NCBI GenBank assembly: GCA_905178155.1
Contig: CAJINV010000008.1
Span: 1,116,001-1,180,000, forward strand
Source of the DNA: Amoebophrya sp. A120
Lineage: Eukaryota; Protista; Dinoflagellata
Length of the DNA stretch: 64,000 nt
Reading direction: 5' to 3'
A program made the translations under genes and the position numbers. Under the pieces are notes generated by a model, which worked only from the letters and a program-made list of their open reading frames with translations, was not told where the DNA came from and did no database searches. Of the stretch, positions 39,101-51,300 are shown one piece after another (the stretch's first letter is position 1; the number at the start of each line of letters is the position of its first letter).

Positions 39101-41136
39101 CTGTGTAGCAAAAACTGTACCCATTTTGCTGGTCATGCAATACAATTTTTTTTAGAGTCCAAAAACAGCATGACAAGTTCCAATCTTCCAGACCCAGACA
39201 TTTTTACATGTGATATACAACTGCACCACCGAAGGACGAGGACGGCGGGGAGGCACCGCAAACGAACGCCGCTATTGTGAGGAAAAATCCCCCCTCCCCA
39301 TATTCAAACAGGAAATTTGTGATGCTGATTTGTGACCACAAATCATGTTGTCATGCTAGAAGGGAAAAGACGCAGACTGTAGTGCTGGCTGGCGTAAGAA
39401 GGCCTTGCATCTTCAGCATGACAGGAGGCAACTGGAAGTGGGAAACAGCATCACAAATTGCCTGCAATTCAGGCCGCAAGTGCGTCCCTTGGCCTTCTAG
39501 CAACACAAGCCGATTTGGGGAAGCAAATCCAGCATCACAAATTTCCTGTTCGATATGGGGAGGGGGGATTTTTCCTCTTGATAGCCGCCGTGAAGTCTTT
39601 CTGCATGCTTTACGCAAACGCACTGACCAGCCAGCAGGCGGCCTTCCGTGGGAGGCTGCTGCCCCCAGAGTGCCAGGCCGGCGGGGGATCGGAGCAGGCC
39701 GGCGGCGCCGAGAGCAGCTCCATCTCGCAGCACCAGCCGGAAAAGGTGCAGTACGTGCTGGGAGAAAACACCGTCTTTTTTCAGGAGTACCCGCTGTTCC
39801 CGCTTGCGGCCGCATCCGGGGGCGGATCCTTATCCACAGAAAAAAACCCATCCACATCCATTTTTTGCATGGCAAACAGGTGACTTGATACGTGTTTTGC
39901 ATGACAAATTGGATGTGAGTGGGTTTTTTTCTGTGGATAATCCTCGCCCAGTTCCTCCAGTGCGAAGAACACGACGAGCCGGCTTTGCGTGGAACTCGCG
40001 GAGGCCGTGTGCGCGGTCGCGAACGGCAGTGGGGCCGCCAAGGAAGAGAGCGAAGTCGACCCGGTGGATATCCTGAGTAAAAACGTACCCAAACCAGAGT
40101 CAGGATGAGGATTTTGCAACACAAACCTAGGAGTTTTGTGAGTCACGCATGACAAGTTGGACTATGCAGTGTAGTGCAGGTTAGCAAGTGCAGCCGCGTC
40201 ACAGATTCATCTGCTCATCCTGTTCACAGCGTCACAAATTCCAAAACAGGATTGGAAATGGCTCTCATGGGGATGCGCATTACAAGTCTTCCTGTCTTTG
40301 CAATTCTGCATTACAACTCTGGTGTGGGTATGTTTTTACTCAGGATAGTGGAAAACGCCGCGGCCATACTCCACGTCCCGCTGCTGCCGCTCGACCGACT
40401 GGAAGCTGGGTATCAAACGCAAAAATGTCTGGGTCTGGAAGAGTGTAGACTTGTCATGCAGGTTTTCCATGACTCGTGGGGTCTGGAATGCGGGACCTAG
40501 CATGACAGAGTCTGTGAGGTCTCTGCCATGCCTATCCTGCGTGAGAAACTCCCTCTAAACATGGTCGACAGTAAGTGGACAGCTTTTGGCACTCATGCAG
40601 CACAGATTTCTGCATTATTCAGATTTAGCATGACAAGTTGCAATCTTCCAGACCCAGACATTTTTGCAATCCATACTGGGCACTTGGAAACCATCTACGC
40701 ACTGGTAAAGCGCAAAATACTCGACAACAACGGCCTGCCGGCGCAGAGCTGGGTCCCGGTCTACGACCTCTTGAAAAAGTATCTTTTCGTGGCGCTACTG
40801 GAGCCGGAGAACCACGCACTGGCCGCAAAAGTCCTGCGGGAGACCTTCTACGCACCGGAGGCGGGTCAAACCCGCCAATTGTTCATTCGCAATAGCACAG
40901 AGACTTTTGTCTCCATGTATGGCTTGTGTTTGGCAAACGATGCCGCCGACCCCGAGGCGGAGGACGGCGGGCCGTCGGCAGCGCTCGTCTCGGAAGCCAC
41001 TCTGTGCGAATTCGTGAAGTCCCTCATCAGCGAAGATTCCGAGCTCAAGTCGGCTTTCAAAAACGTCTTCCGCTACTACAAAGAGCAAAAGCGTGACGAG
41101 TTTGATCGCTCCATGCTCGCACCGCTGGCCTCGTAG
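36151..41136 (+). CDS. SPEF1/SPATA4-type calponin-homology (CH_2) domain flagellar protein with long helical C-terminus; about 11 exons, five TIR elements
   Basis: VPREVQKWMQMLAL...FDLANGYLIAQMFQRYYP...YENGQSIHCRSNNWEMLFRLFKK. The frame is continuous through five element excisions (PPT|TAPP, TNAA|VKSF, GGS|SPSS, DPVE|NAAA, EAG|HLET) to TAG at 41136. One junction near 38430-38670 was not resolved. Confidence 0.8.
38954..39215. mobile_element. Introner-like MITE, family A (A3, opposite orientation to 31435-31697)
   Basis: TIR TATCAAATGTAAAAGTGTCTGGGTCTGGAAGA / TCTTCCAGACCCAGACATTTTTACATGTGATA. TSD TACAA at 38949-38953 and 39216-39220. Confidence 0.93.
39273..39583. mobile_element. Introner-like MITE, family B
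   Basis: About 55-bp TIR TATTGTGAGGAAAAATCCCCCCTCCCCATATTCAAACAGGAAATTTGTGATGCTG / CAGCATCACAAATTTCCTGTTCGATATGGGGAGGGGGGATTTTTCCTCTTGATA. TSD GCCGC at 39268-39272 and 39584-39588. Confidence 0.92.
39831..39939. mobile_element. Introner-like MITE, family C (109 bp, almost entirely a hairpin)
   Basis: TIR TATCCACAGAAAAAAACCCA...ACATCCA / TGGATGT...TGGGTTTTTTTCTGTGGATA. TSD ATCCT at 39826-39830 and 39940-39944. Confidence 0.92.
40069..40347. mobile_element. Introner-like MITE, family D
   Basis: TIR TATCCTGAGTAAAAACGTACCCAAACCAGAGT / ACTCTGGTGTGGGTATGTTTTTACTCAGGATA. TSD GTGGA at 40064-40068 and 40348-40352. Confidence 0.92.
40411..40675. mobile_element. Introner-like MITE, family A (A2)
   Basis: TIR TATCAAACGCAAAAATGTCTGGGTCTGGAAGA / TCTTCCAGACCCAGACATTTTTGCAATCCATA. 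TSD CTGGG at 40406-40410 and 40676-40680. Confidence 0.93.
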
Positions 41137-42881
41137 TGCAAGAGGCTTCAGGGTGGGAGACGAGGCAGCGAAAATGTTGAGCTGAACGATGGCCGGGAGC
41201 GGACGCTATTGCTCAAGTTCATACATACTTTGGAAACGAAAAAGATCAATCTTTGATAAACTAACCTTTGACTGATAGATATCACCCAGTAGAAGCAAGT
41301 AGTAGACCTTCTACAACACTAAAAATGCTACATATGACAAAAACCAAAACAAGGAAATTACAAATGCGAAACTCGTATTGCGAAAGGAAACAAGGAATCA
41401 GAGAAGCGCGTTGCGAGCTGCAGTTGATTTGGCACAACTGTATCGAGAGGTTGAGGTTGCAACATTCATTATAAATTACTGTATCAAACAAATAAGAACG
41501 ACCGGATCGCCGGCACCACGGTAAGGAGTATAAAATGTTGGATGAAGAACAAGAACTACACAGAGGCGAGCAGAAGAATTTCAGTGCGGAAAATGGACCA
41601 CAAGCTCAGGCGGTCACAGCCCCACCAGGTGATAAAAATCATCTTCGAGGACGTTGCTCGCTTTTGTTTTTGCTGGCTCGGTATTTTGCTATTTTGGCTC
41701 ATCGAAGAGCAGTGCACTTGCGTAGGGCCCATTGGCAGCGACGCAGTGTCTGTGACTGATCTTACATACAAATTCAGGGTCTGATGGTTGCTTGTACACG
41801 ACCGTATGTGAAGGTGAAAGTCAATCTCTTCGAGGATAATATGAAGCGCTATCAGAACTGCTCGACCATTATTCAGACAGCAATGTCGCAGTGTCAGTGC
41901 TTTGAGCAGGTGCAGGAGGCATGCAATATTCCGTTCATCAAGATCCACAATCAAGAACAAGCTCAGAAGGCAATTTAGAACAGGTTCAAGGCTGTAGTCC
42001 GCCTCCAGCAAGATGAGATAATGTCATATCAGCTTTCACATTTACATGCACGGCGTTTGCATGAGTGAGGATATTGATTTCCTCGAGAGCCTCGCCCAAA
42101 AATTCGAGTGCCTCATGATGATGTAAGATCTTCAAGATCTCTGTGCATACGCACGAATTTGTTATATCGTGATCGACACCAATGCTTTAACTTTTTTTTC
42201 TTACTCTTACTTTGATGTTTGTGAAAAACTTCTACACCAGCCGGCGTAGTGTAAAAAAACATTACTATGCCACTGACTTATCCAAACTAAACGAAGCACC
42301 TACAAGATCGCTTTTCAATATTCATCATATTCACAACTGACCGACTTAAGCATATTAGACCTGTCGATAATAGCTCCTGGACAGTTTTAGCTTTACGTAT
42401 CATCATCATGTATCAACTGTAAACGTGTTTACGTGTACGATGAATTTGTAGAATTTTGATTTTCATTTTTATTATCAAGAAACGATAAAGGGAAGTAACA
42501 AAAAGCGACGAGAAAACTTTTAACTACTTAACGTCATAGAAATCACAACGAGCGCACATAACTGAGAACTGAGGCGAAGAGCTACAGCTACTCCCGTTCC
42601 AGATTTGGCCGGTCGCTGCGTCGATTTTTATGAACTGAATTTCGGGGGCGCCGTTGTTTCGGTGGAATAACCAACGTTAAAAAATGTACTGATTTATTGT
42701 AGGCACTGTGGTGCCTTCCTCGCGAACTGCTTCGACAAAACTGGCGGTGACGGCGGGATTTGCAAAATAAACCGAGAAGCCCGGGGAACAAGTCACATCG
42801 CAGTTTGTTCAGCACTTATCACCGCAGGCGTCGCCGTGCACCACGGTTCCGTGTCAGGAAGGATCGACTTCGCAGCACAAG

Positions 42882-45800
42882 ATGAAGAGTAGGATGCTCT
42901 TCTTTCTTCAAGCTTTTCTGATCGTCCGTAGCCTGCTTAATTGCAGGCTATTGAGTCTCATCGCGCCGCCACTTTCCGGGGCGGGCTTTGTTCTCGCCGT
43001 TGCATCCCGTTCGCAAAGAAAGGGCAGCACGGAGAAAACCAAAGATAAGCACGAGACCGGTGGAACTACCGGAAGTCGAAGTGGTGGTCTGCGGTCGATC
43101 TCCTCGCTGTCAACTACCGAGTGCGAGCGCGAATCGTGCAGCCGTCGAGAACTAGACCCTGACCAACGTCGCCAATATGTTCGCGATGTCGGAAGTAGAA
43201 CGGACGTGGCAGCAGCTCCAGGAGGCTTAGGAGGTCGTACACGACCAGCATCAGGTTCTGCTGACATAGACGAGTCGCCCTGGTGGGTTGGCGGCGAGCC
43301 CGACGCCGATGATCTCGAACTCGATGGCCTGGCGCCATTTGAGCTGCCTGGGTCGTTCGCTGGTGAGGACGAAACTGCGATGCGGTCGCCCCATGATGTA
43401 GGTGGAGTGCTGCATCGAGACCTCGTCCATGGGCAAGATGTTGACTTTCGCGGAGCTCTGACGGACGCACAGACGGCGCTTCGAAAGCTATCTCTCAGCG
43501 GCGGTCGTACAACCTCAACCAGCGGTCGTAGAAACAAGAAGAACAAAAAGAGTGGAGGAGTAGGCGGTAGTGGACGAGCAGAAGTATCTCAGCCTCCTCC
43601 ACCAGCTGCCCGCAGCTTCGGGGCCCCCTCAGGTGCGTCCTCCTCCAGCAACTTGAGCCCCCGCCGCCCGCACAGAGCGGCGGGTTCCTCTGCGAATCAC
43701 CACCAGCCCGGCGAAGTTTGGACGCGCACCGGACGAATTTTCATTTCTTCGAACGACCAGGCGGCTGCAGCGAGTACGTCTCGCGCAATGGACCAGCAAT
43801 TTTTCCGCGAGCAGGTGCGCGACGCCAAGCACCACGTGGGTCCCGTCGAAGAGGCGCGGCTTGGCCAGGAGACAGCACGAGAGCGTCTCATTGAGCTAAT
43901 GCGCACGTATGAGGATGTACAACGACAACTCCCCCTCCTTTCTACTTTTGCATGAACAGACAATACAACGCGCCGCTATTGCATGACAAGCTCATCATGC
44001 CTGCCCGAGCGTTGTACGGCCTGGGCTTGTTCCGGTATTCGTCATGCGAACAGCCCCCCGTCATGCGAACAAGACGAGGGCCTTTGCATGACAAAAAATG
44101 AGGGCGCGGTAGCGCAGTCTGATAAGCATGACAAATGAGGGGGAGTTGTGCACTCGGATAGCACGACGAGCAACTTCAGTGGTTGTGGGCGTTTTAGGAC
44201 CTTCAATACACCCAGTTCGCAGACAGAGTTGGAGAGAAGCGTCCGGTTGCTGGAGGAAGCCACGAATATCTTTTATTCTCGCGCCGCTCGACATGTCTGC
44301 AAAGAGCGCCGCACGGCGTCCTCCGCCCCGCCACCAGGAGATCATCCAGAGTATAATTCTTCGAGCGGCCGTGCCGTTCCATCTCCGCCCGCAATTCCCA
44401 TTTCCAACCTTCGCGACTCGCACCGAGGGCGGGCACACCAACGTCGACCGGCAATGTTGTCTGGTATTTCAAGAACATCTCAGGACTGGGAATGGTCATC
44501 TACTTCATCTTCTAAGGAAGACATCCGGGGCAGCATTTTTTTCGGTGCAGATTATAGTGAAGGAGAAGAGACACAGCAAGAGGACCACAACCTTGAGAGG
44601 ATCACAGCCGAGATGGACTCAAAATTACAGACGGTTTCTCGCTTGGCGGAAAGAACGTACTGGAGCGAGGGCGTGCTAGCGTATTATCGAGCTCGCGCAA
44701 AGTATGTGCTGCTCCGTGGCGATCGCGACAAGCCACAGTACGATTCGGATTCTGAGGACGACAGTATCGCTGGAGATGACGACACTGACACTGAGACTGA
44801 CCCTGACCACTCCGGGGTTGGGGAAAGAGAAAGAGGCGATCTGGTCCAGCTGGACCTCAACGTCGAGGAGGTAACCGCAGAGCATGTGGGCATGCGCATT
44901 ATGATGCAGCCGGACGGAACGGCCGTCCTTCTGGATCACAACCATTTCGCAACGGGGCCAATCCCTGAGGAAGAGGATTCAGACAACGAGAAACGCAGTG
45001 CTGCACTTGATGCCCCGGAAGAATCCGAAGAAGTAGACCACGATGTTGTACGACTGCTGCATGAAGAGGAGCCAGTGTCCTGGGGAAGAGATGAACTCGC
45101 TTCTATCGTTGCCCTTGTCTACGGTCTGGCCATTCATTCCAAGCATGCCCACGTCCGCACGAGGGCATTGGAAGCGCTAGTCAACATCTGGAGCGATATC
45201 ATTCAGGCACTCTACATGCTTGACGAACACCACGAGTACATGACACCGGGGCGAGGCCCGGCCGCGTATGACAAATTGTTGGGTCCCCTTGCCTATCCTG
45301 TGCAAAAGTATCGTACTCGTACTATCTCTTGCAGTTATGCATGCCAAATATTGTTCTTCGTTCTTAAGGTAAAACAGCACGACAAATTCCAGTTCGCACG
45401 CTGAGCGAATTTGTAAATGCAATTCATATAATTAGTGCGATACTTTTGCATTGCATACTGTTCGATTACTAGCGCTCAAACTTGCTGGGTTCGGGGACTA
45501 TGTGAAAATTGCACCTGAGCTGTCCGCGCGGTCGCGGATTTTTCCGAAGGACTGCCCCTGGCAACTTAAAATAAAGCAGCAGCTCGATGCTTTATCGAGC
45601 AGGGGGGGAGCAGGAGAGCCGCCAGCCGCACCACTTCCTGGTCGGAGTATCCGCATGCGTCTCCCTGATGTTGTTCTTGCGGAGGTTGACACCGACGTCT
45701 CCTCAAGTGCCGCTGCCAAAACGTTGTGGCGGCGACAACTGACCAAGCCCAAGCGGAAGCCTCGGCCACACAAAAACGACAGCTTTGCTTTGGTGGAGCG

Positions 45801-46635
45801 TGCGCTGTGGCTTTTCCTTCAAAGGTTGGAAGACTGTCGTGCTCGAGAACCAGCAGGAGGACTAGAAGCAGCATCAAAGCTGGGCCGCGACGCGTGCTTT
45901 AGCAACGATGACGAGGTGCGCAGAGCATTTCTGTTCTACTACTCGTTGGAAATGACTCATCGAGAGTTCGATTCTGACGGGTATAAGTTTCGAACTACCT
46001 GGTGGCAGAAGAAGCTGTTCTTGCTCCGAGAAGCGCGACTAGCCGACCAGAGGGAGAAGGAAACTGTAGACCTCCTGGAGAGGATTCTCGACATCATGGT
46101 TGGTGCAGATAAAGATAAACACGACATCAGCACGAGGACGACGCATCAAGAACCCGCACACGAAACTGGAGGTGGTGAACACGAGATGAACCAGCTCCAC
46201 TCAACAGCGCTCCTTCACGACCACCGCGGACACGCACGAATACTTTCGAAGTTGTATGCGGCGGTTCCGCACGAGAGCGATCCCCGAAGCGAGAACATTT
46301 CTCATGCTTTGTCGTTCTTTTCGGGCCTGTACAAAGACGGTTTCATTGCGCGCGCCCCCACCGACCAACGTCGTGATTTTCTCACGCAAGGTTTCATAGA
46401 TGCAAGTCGCGCGTCATCCGCTCTGTTGCAAGGTACTCCACGACCTTCCGCGGAGTACGACGCTGTTGTCGCACAGGTCGAGCGGTACCGACAAGAATTG
46501 GGAGACATCGACCGGTCGGCCCGCGAGTTGCGAGAAAGCATCGAAGAAAGCAGCGCACGCTCGAGGGAACTTCGAGCCATTCTCAGCCGCTGTTTTGCAG
46601 CCGGTCTTGGTACTTCATCTAGTAGAGCAGCCTGA
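42882..46635 (+). CDS. Large hypothetical protein with signal-peptide-like N-terminus; exons 42882-43907, 44166-about 45310, about 45480-46635
   Basis: Three consecutive long + ORFs. The first junction is restored by excising the 43908-44165 element (ELMRT|TSNFSG). The second junction is an AT-rich intron whose exact borders were not resolved. Confidence 0.6.
43908..44160. mobile_element. Introner-like MITE, family E (degenerate TIR)
   Basis: Starts TATGAGGATGTACAACGACAACTCCCCCTC and ends GAGGGGGAGTTGTGCACTCGGATA. TSD GCACG at 43903-43907 and 44161-44165. Several internal GCATGACAA motifs. Confidence 0.85.
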
Positions 46636-48342
46636 TATAAAGTAATTCACAATTATTAATTTTTAAGGAGCGCAAGAAGTAGTCTTGTTGTTCAGCCGAA
46701 CAGAGAGCGCAGACACGATGATGTGCCTGTGCTTTCTTCACTACACCATGGACATCAAGGTGGTGGAACAGCTCGAACTGCAATCGAAACATTTGCAGCG
46801 ACTTCGAAGATCTCCAGCCAAGTGGCTACGAGAAGAACGCACTAAAAATATCAGCAGCCATCAGCATTGTAGTTTGTGTTTGGTGGTCAAATAGGCCGGA
46901 GTCGTCGTGCTCGTGTCACGAGCACGACGCTTTCCTTGACCAGACACATGCTAAGTATCGTTTTAATTCCTACCTAGAAAGAAAAGGAAAACGAAGCGGG
47001 AGATTTCACACGGCCAGCTCTCGTCATTGAGAGTAGGTACTAATATGTCCTGGCCCAACTTCACGCGTACTACTACTATCAATCTTGTATTTTGATGATT
47101 CTCATTCAATTCATAATTATACCATATAGTTTTTTTTTCCTTCGACCACCAGCAGAACCACAAGGGACGGGGCTTTGAGTTGTTGAGACAGTACTTCGTG
47201 AGAACGAATGAACTAGGGATGTTGACTAAGATACGAGAGGTCCCGTGTTGGCTTTTTGAAGAAAGTAAGAAAGGCTGGCGATGAATGAGGGTTGTTTTCC
47301 TCACTTTTTCATGGAAGCTGTGCAGCTTTTTGTTAAGACGCGCCCATTTTTTTTTTTTTCAGCCGTGCCTAAAAGCAGCCAAAACATTTCTAGAAAATGG
47401 TGCAAGCCGAAGCCCTTGCACTTGTAAGTGTAATGGCAATTAATACTGGCCAGGGAGTGCTGAGGTGACTCTGTCACCAATTGTAATTCATCATGTTGTG
47501 TATTTGTTTTGCGCTTGATCGAAATTGCGACTCAACAGTCTGCTTTTGCATTTGGTGGCAGCGACTTACCCGCGTTGTTCCATCCCGGCTCTCTTTTTTA
47601 TTTTTCGATCACTATGTACTTATATATCACAGCGTCGCACTGGTCGATACGTGTACTGGTCGACGCGCCCTGCTTCTCGCAGCGTGCGCATCTTCCAGCC
47701 CGCGAATGAAGTTGGCCAACGGGCGTTCCACACGAGAAAACCTGGCCTCATTCAACGGCGTTGCCCCTATGGCATTCGGCGGGTAGGTTGTTCCTACCGT
47801 GCGTCGGAGGAGGGAGTAGTGCCGAGCCCAGCTCGAGATAGTTATCATTCATATCGCAATCAATCTACTCGTGTCCACGCCATGGCCACCATAGCTAGAG
47901 ACGAGATTTTTGTAGGCTGCACATCATAAATACTTTAACTTTTCATTTATCATATTTCAGTGCTCTTTCAGAAGAGACACCATAGAGGCATATTCGTAAA
48001 AGTAACTACTGCTGATCAATATGAATATCGAGAAACTGGTAGCGTGTGGCCGATGTCTTTTCAGTATGAGTATGACTATATTAATTTTCAGAGATACAAT
48101 TACAAGCAACGAACTATGTGTCTCCATTTTTTTCTTCGTCATTGTCGTGCCCCATGGTAACGAAAAGCACCGCGTTGCTCGATCATGATACCATCGACCG
48201 CTTCTTCTGCAACACCTTTTCCTGCCGAGATGGGCGTCAAGAAGTGGAGAGCACAATTTTTTTTTATTCAAAAGATTTTTATTAAGGACAAGAGGGGGCG
48301 CCCCTACCGGAAGACCCGACGCAACTACCCTGGGACCCCGCG

Positions 48343-51300
48343 TTGTGGCGCGATCCCACGCCGGTCGTGCAAAGGCGCACAAGACTGAACCTGAAGCGGG
48401 CGGACTGGACGCTATACCGGGAAGACCTCGGGCGCTTCCTAGCACAAAACGCACCCCCAGCAACCGTCGAAGGGAAGGTCGAGCACGTGAAGACCGCGAT
48501 CTTCGAAGCAGCACGCAGAAGCATTCCGCGCACAAACGTCGCGCGGAAAAGGCACAAGCGCCCGAGGGGGTCGGCGCCCGGCGTGGGCACGGAGCTAGAC
48601 CTCGCCTTGAGAGAGCGAGGAGAGTGCATGCGCAGGTTAGCACTCTGCCCGCCGGGACAGAAGCTGCTGTGGCGCACCGCGCTACGACAAGCCACAAAAA
48701 GGGTCGCGCAGGCGGAGTACAGCAGGCAGGGCGAACGCTTCGCGGATAAACTCGCGGAAGCGGAGCAGAGCACAGGCGGCGCCTTCAAGCTCCTGCGCGA
48801 GCTGGAGGGGCGGCCCCCACCGAAACAGCACACCGGCGCGCTGCGCTACGCGGGCGGCTACGCGTTCAAGAAGCTCGCGTGTGTGCTCGCGCACTTCTAC
48901 GGCTCCCACCCAGCTCTCGACCCAGCTTCAGAGCAAGGGGCGTGGGCAACGTACAGCAACACCCTCGCGACAGAGCTCTCACCGGGCACGCCGATGAGGC
49001 TGGACCTGGACGACGTGGAGTTCGTACTACGGGGACAAAAACCAGCGGGGGCCGCGGGGCCGGACGACATCCTGGGCGCGATGTTGAAGAACTTCACACA
49101 GGACGGCAAGAAGCTGCTGCGGGACACGTTTTCACAGGGCATCACGGAAGGCGTCACGCCCGAAGCGTTGCGCCTGGAAGTGTGCGTGCCGGTGCCAAAA
49201 CCCGGGCGCCCCGGGGACTTACCGAAGTCGCTGAGGCCAGTCGCACTAACATCCTGCCTCGCAAAAGTGTGGGAACGCGCGGCGCTCCGAAGGCTGCGGG
49301 CAGTGTTCCAGGCCGAGGGCCTATCCCTGTACGCACGGAACCAGTACGGGGACACCCCGGGGAGGAGCGCGACCGACCACACGGCGACCCTGGCGGCGGC
49401 AGCCGCCGACTCGCTGCGGAAGGGCAAGAGACGCGCAGCGTGCTTCTTGGACTTGAGCTCCGCACTCGAAAGGGTGCCGATCCCATTGTTCCTCAATGGG
49501 TTGCTACGCAGGAGCGCAGAGTTCAAAAACGCGGCGAGAAAACAGGAATTCCTGCTGCTCACGCGGTGGGTTCGCTCCTTTGTAGCCGGGCGGTCGAGGG
49601 TAGTGCGCTTCAACGAAGAAGTGTCGCAAGCGGTGCCACTCCGCCAAGGGGTCCCCCAGGGCACGTGCCTCGGGCCGTTCGTCTGGTGTAGTTTTGTAGA
49701 CGTGTTACTCCAGGAACTGGCAGAGCGGTGCCCGATGGTGCAGGTGCTGGCCTACGTGGACGACCTCGCGCTGACCTGTGAGTACGAAGAAAGCACGAAG
49801 AGCGACGCACAGGCACAGTTACAACGCGCGCTCGACATCGTCTCAGACTTCTGCAAGGCGAGCAACATGGAGCTGTCCCCCGGGAAGTGCGCGTATACCG
49901 TCTTCCAGACGGAGTTTGCGTGCGAACTCGACGAGTTGTCCCTTACCGGCTCCGGCGAACCACTGGTCTATGAGGCCTGCCCCAGATTCCTGGGAGTGTG
50001 GTTCGACCGGCGGCTTACCTTCAGCAAGCCCTACCAGGTGATCAGCGAAACAATCACCAAGCGAATGGCTGCCGTGCGGATCCTCAGCAGATCCATGCAC
50101 GCAGGAACCAAATCCGTGAGGATGTTCTACCAGCTTTTCGTCGAGAGCGTGCTGGCCTATGGCCTGCCGACATATTGGCATGGCGCGCGAAGGAAAAGGC
50201 GGCGCTCAACAGCGTGCAGCTGGAGGGGGCGACGGAGATCCTCGGGTTTCCCAAGTTCCGGCGGGTCAACCGCAGCTGCGCGCTGATGACCGCGGGGCTA
50301 TTGCCGCTGGAGGCACTGTACAAAGTCGAGTCCGTAGCACTGGCAGCGAGAGCGTTCGCCCGGCCCCAGGCGGATGGGCTTAGGCAAATCGCGGAAAGCA
50401 CCGAAGCGGACTGGCTGACGACGGCGCTGGGGGTCATCGAGGCTTCAAACGCGGCAGCGGCCACAGTCCTACCCGAAACCGGAGCCCTGCCGGGCGTCGG
50501 CGCCAGCCTCCTCCACGAGGCGGAGGAGCAGGGCCGGTTTCGCGCCGTCTGGCAGAGCGAGGGGGTGCCATCGCTGGTGGACACACTCCAGTCCTCGGAC
50601 CTGGTGTTCTACTGCGACGGCTCAGCGCGAGAGTTCCAAGGAGCGGCCGGAGTCTTCGTCCATGGCTTCGGCATCCAAGGAGGGGCGGCCTGGCCAGTGG
50701 GAGTGCATGCGGACTCGTTTGAGACCGAGCGCATGGCGCTGATCGCAGCCCTTCGGGGGGTGGCAACCAAAGCACTGCGAACAGAGTGCGCCACCATCTG
50801 CACCGACAGCCAGTCCAATGTGCGCGCACTGCTCAACCCGCGGCTGCGGGACGACCTGGACACGGAGCTCTACACCGCGACACGCGATGCGCTCGCGTCC
50901 TGCAGGAAGCTGGTAGTCCGATACGTGCCGGGCCACGCAGGAATTGCGGGGAACGTGGTGGCCGACCACCTTGCAGGGTACGCCAACGAGCCAGACCTGC
51001 AAGAAGAAGGGGAGCCAATCACGCACCGCCAGTTCAAAACCGAGGCCAAGAGAGTGGCGCGGAACGCACTGCGCCAAGACCTGGAGGACAGGCAACACCA
51101 AGCAGAAACCAGAAGCAAAACCGCGACCACCCTGGCAGCGACAGGGGGGTGGGGCCAGGACCTCACCGCGGACGGAGTGGAGCGAACCGGCCAAGCACTG
51201 TACTACGCACTCCGCTTCGGCCTGCTGGCCGCGGAGGCATCGGGAGAAGACATGCCGTGCGCCCTGTGCAGGGCACCGTGCGCAACAACAGCGCACTTCG

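Noticed and set aside
30750-40675. Recurring TGTCTGGGTCTGGAAG repeats as a CRISPR array
   Set aside because: They are inverted pairs bounding roughly 260-bp units with TSDs in a eukaryotic gene context. There are no regular spacers or cas genes.
17512-41701. Spliced-leader-like relics (CATTTTTGGCTAAG at about 17512, ATTTTGGCTCA at about 41691)
   Set aside because: They are short partial matches to the dinoflagellate spliced leader, not immediately upstream of a clear CDS, and compatible with chance.
50180-50200. Programmed ribosomal frameshift in the LINE ORF
   Set aside because: There is no canonical slippery heptamer and the shift lies within pol of a truncated copy, so a mutation or sequencing error is more likely.
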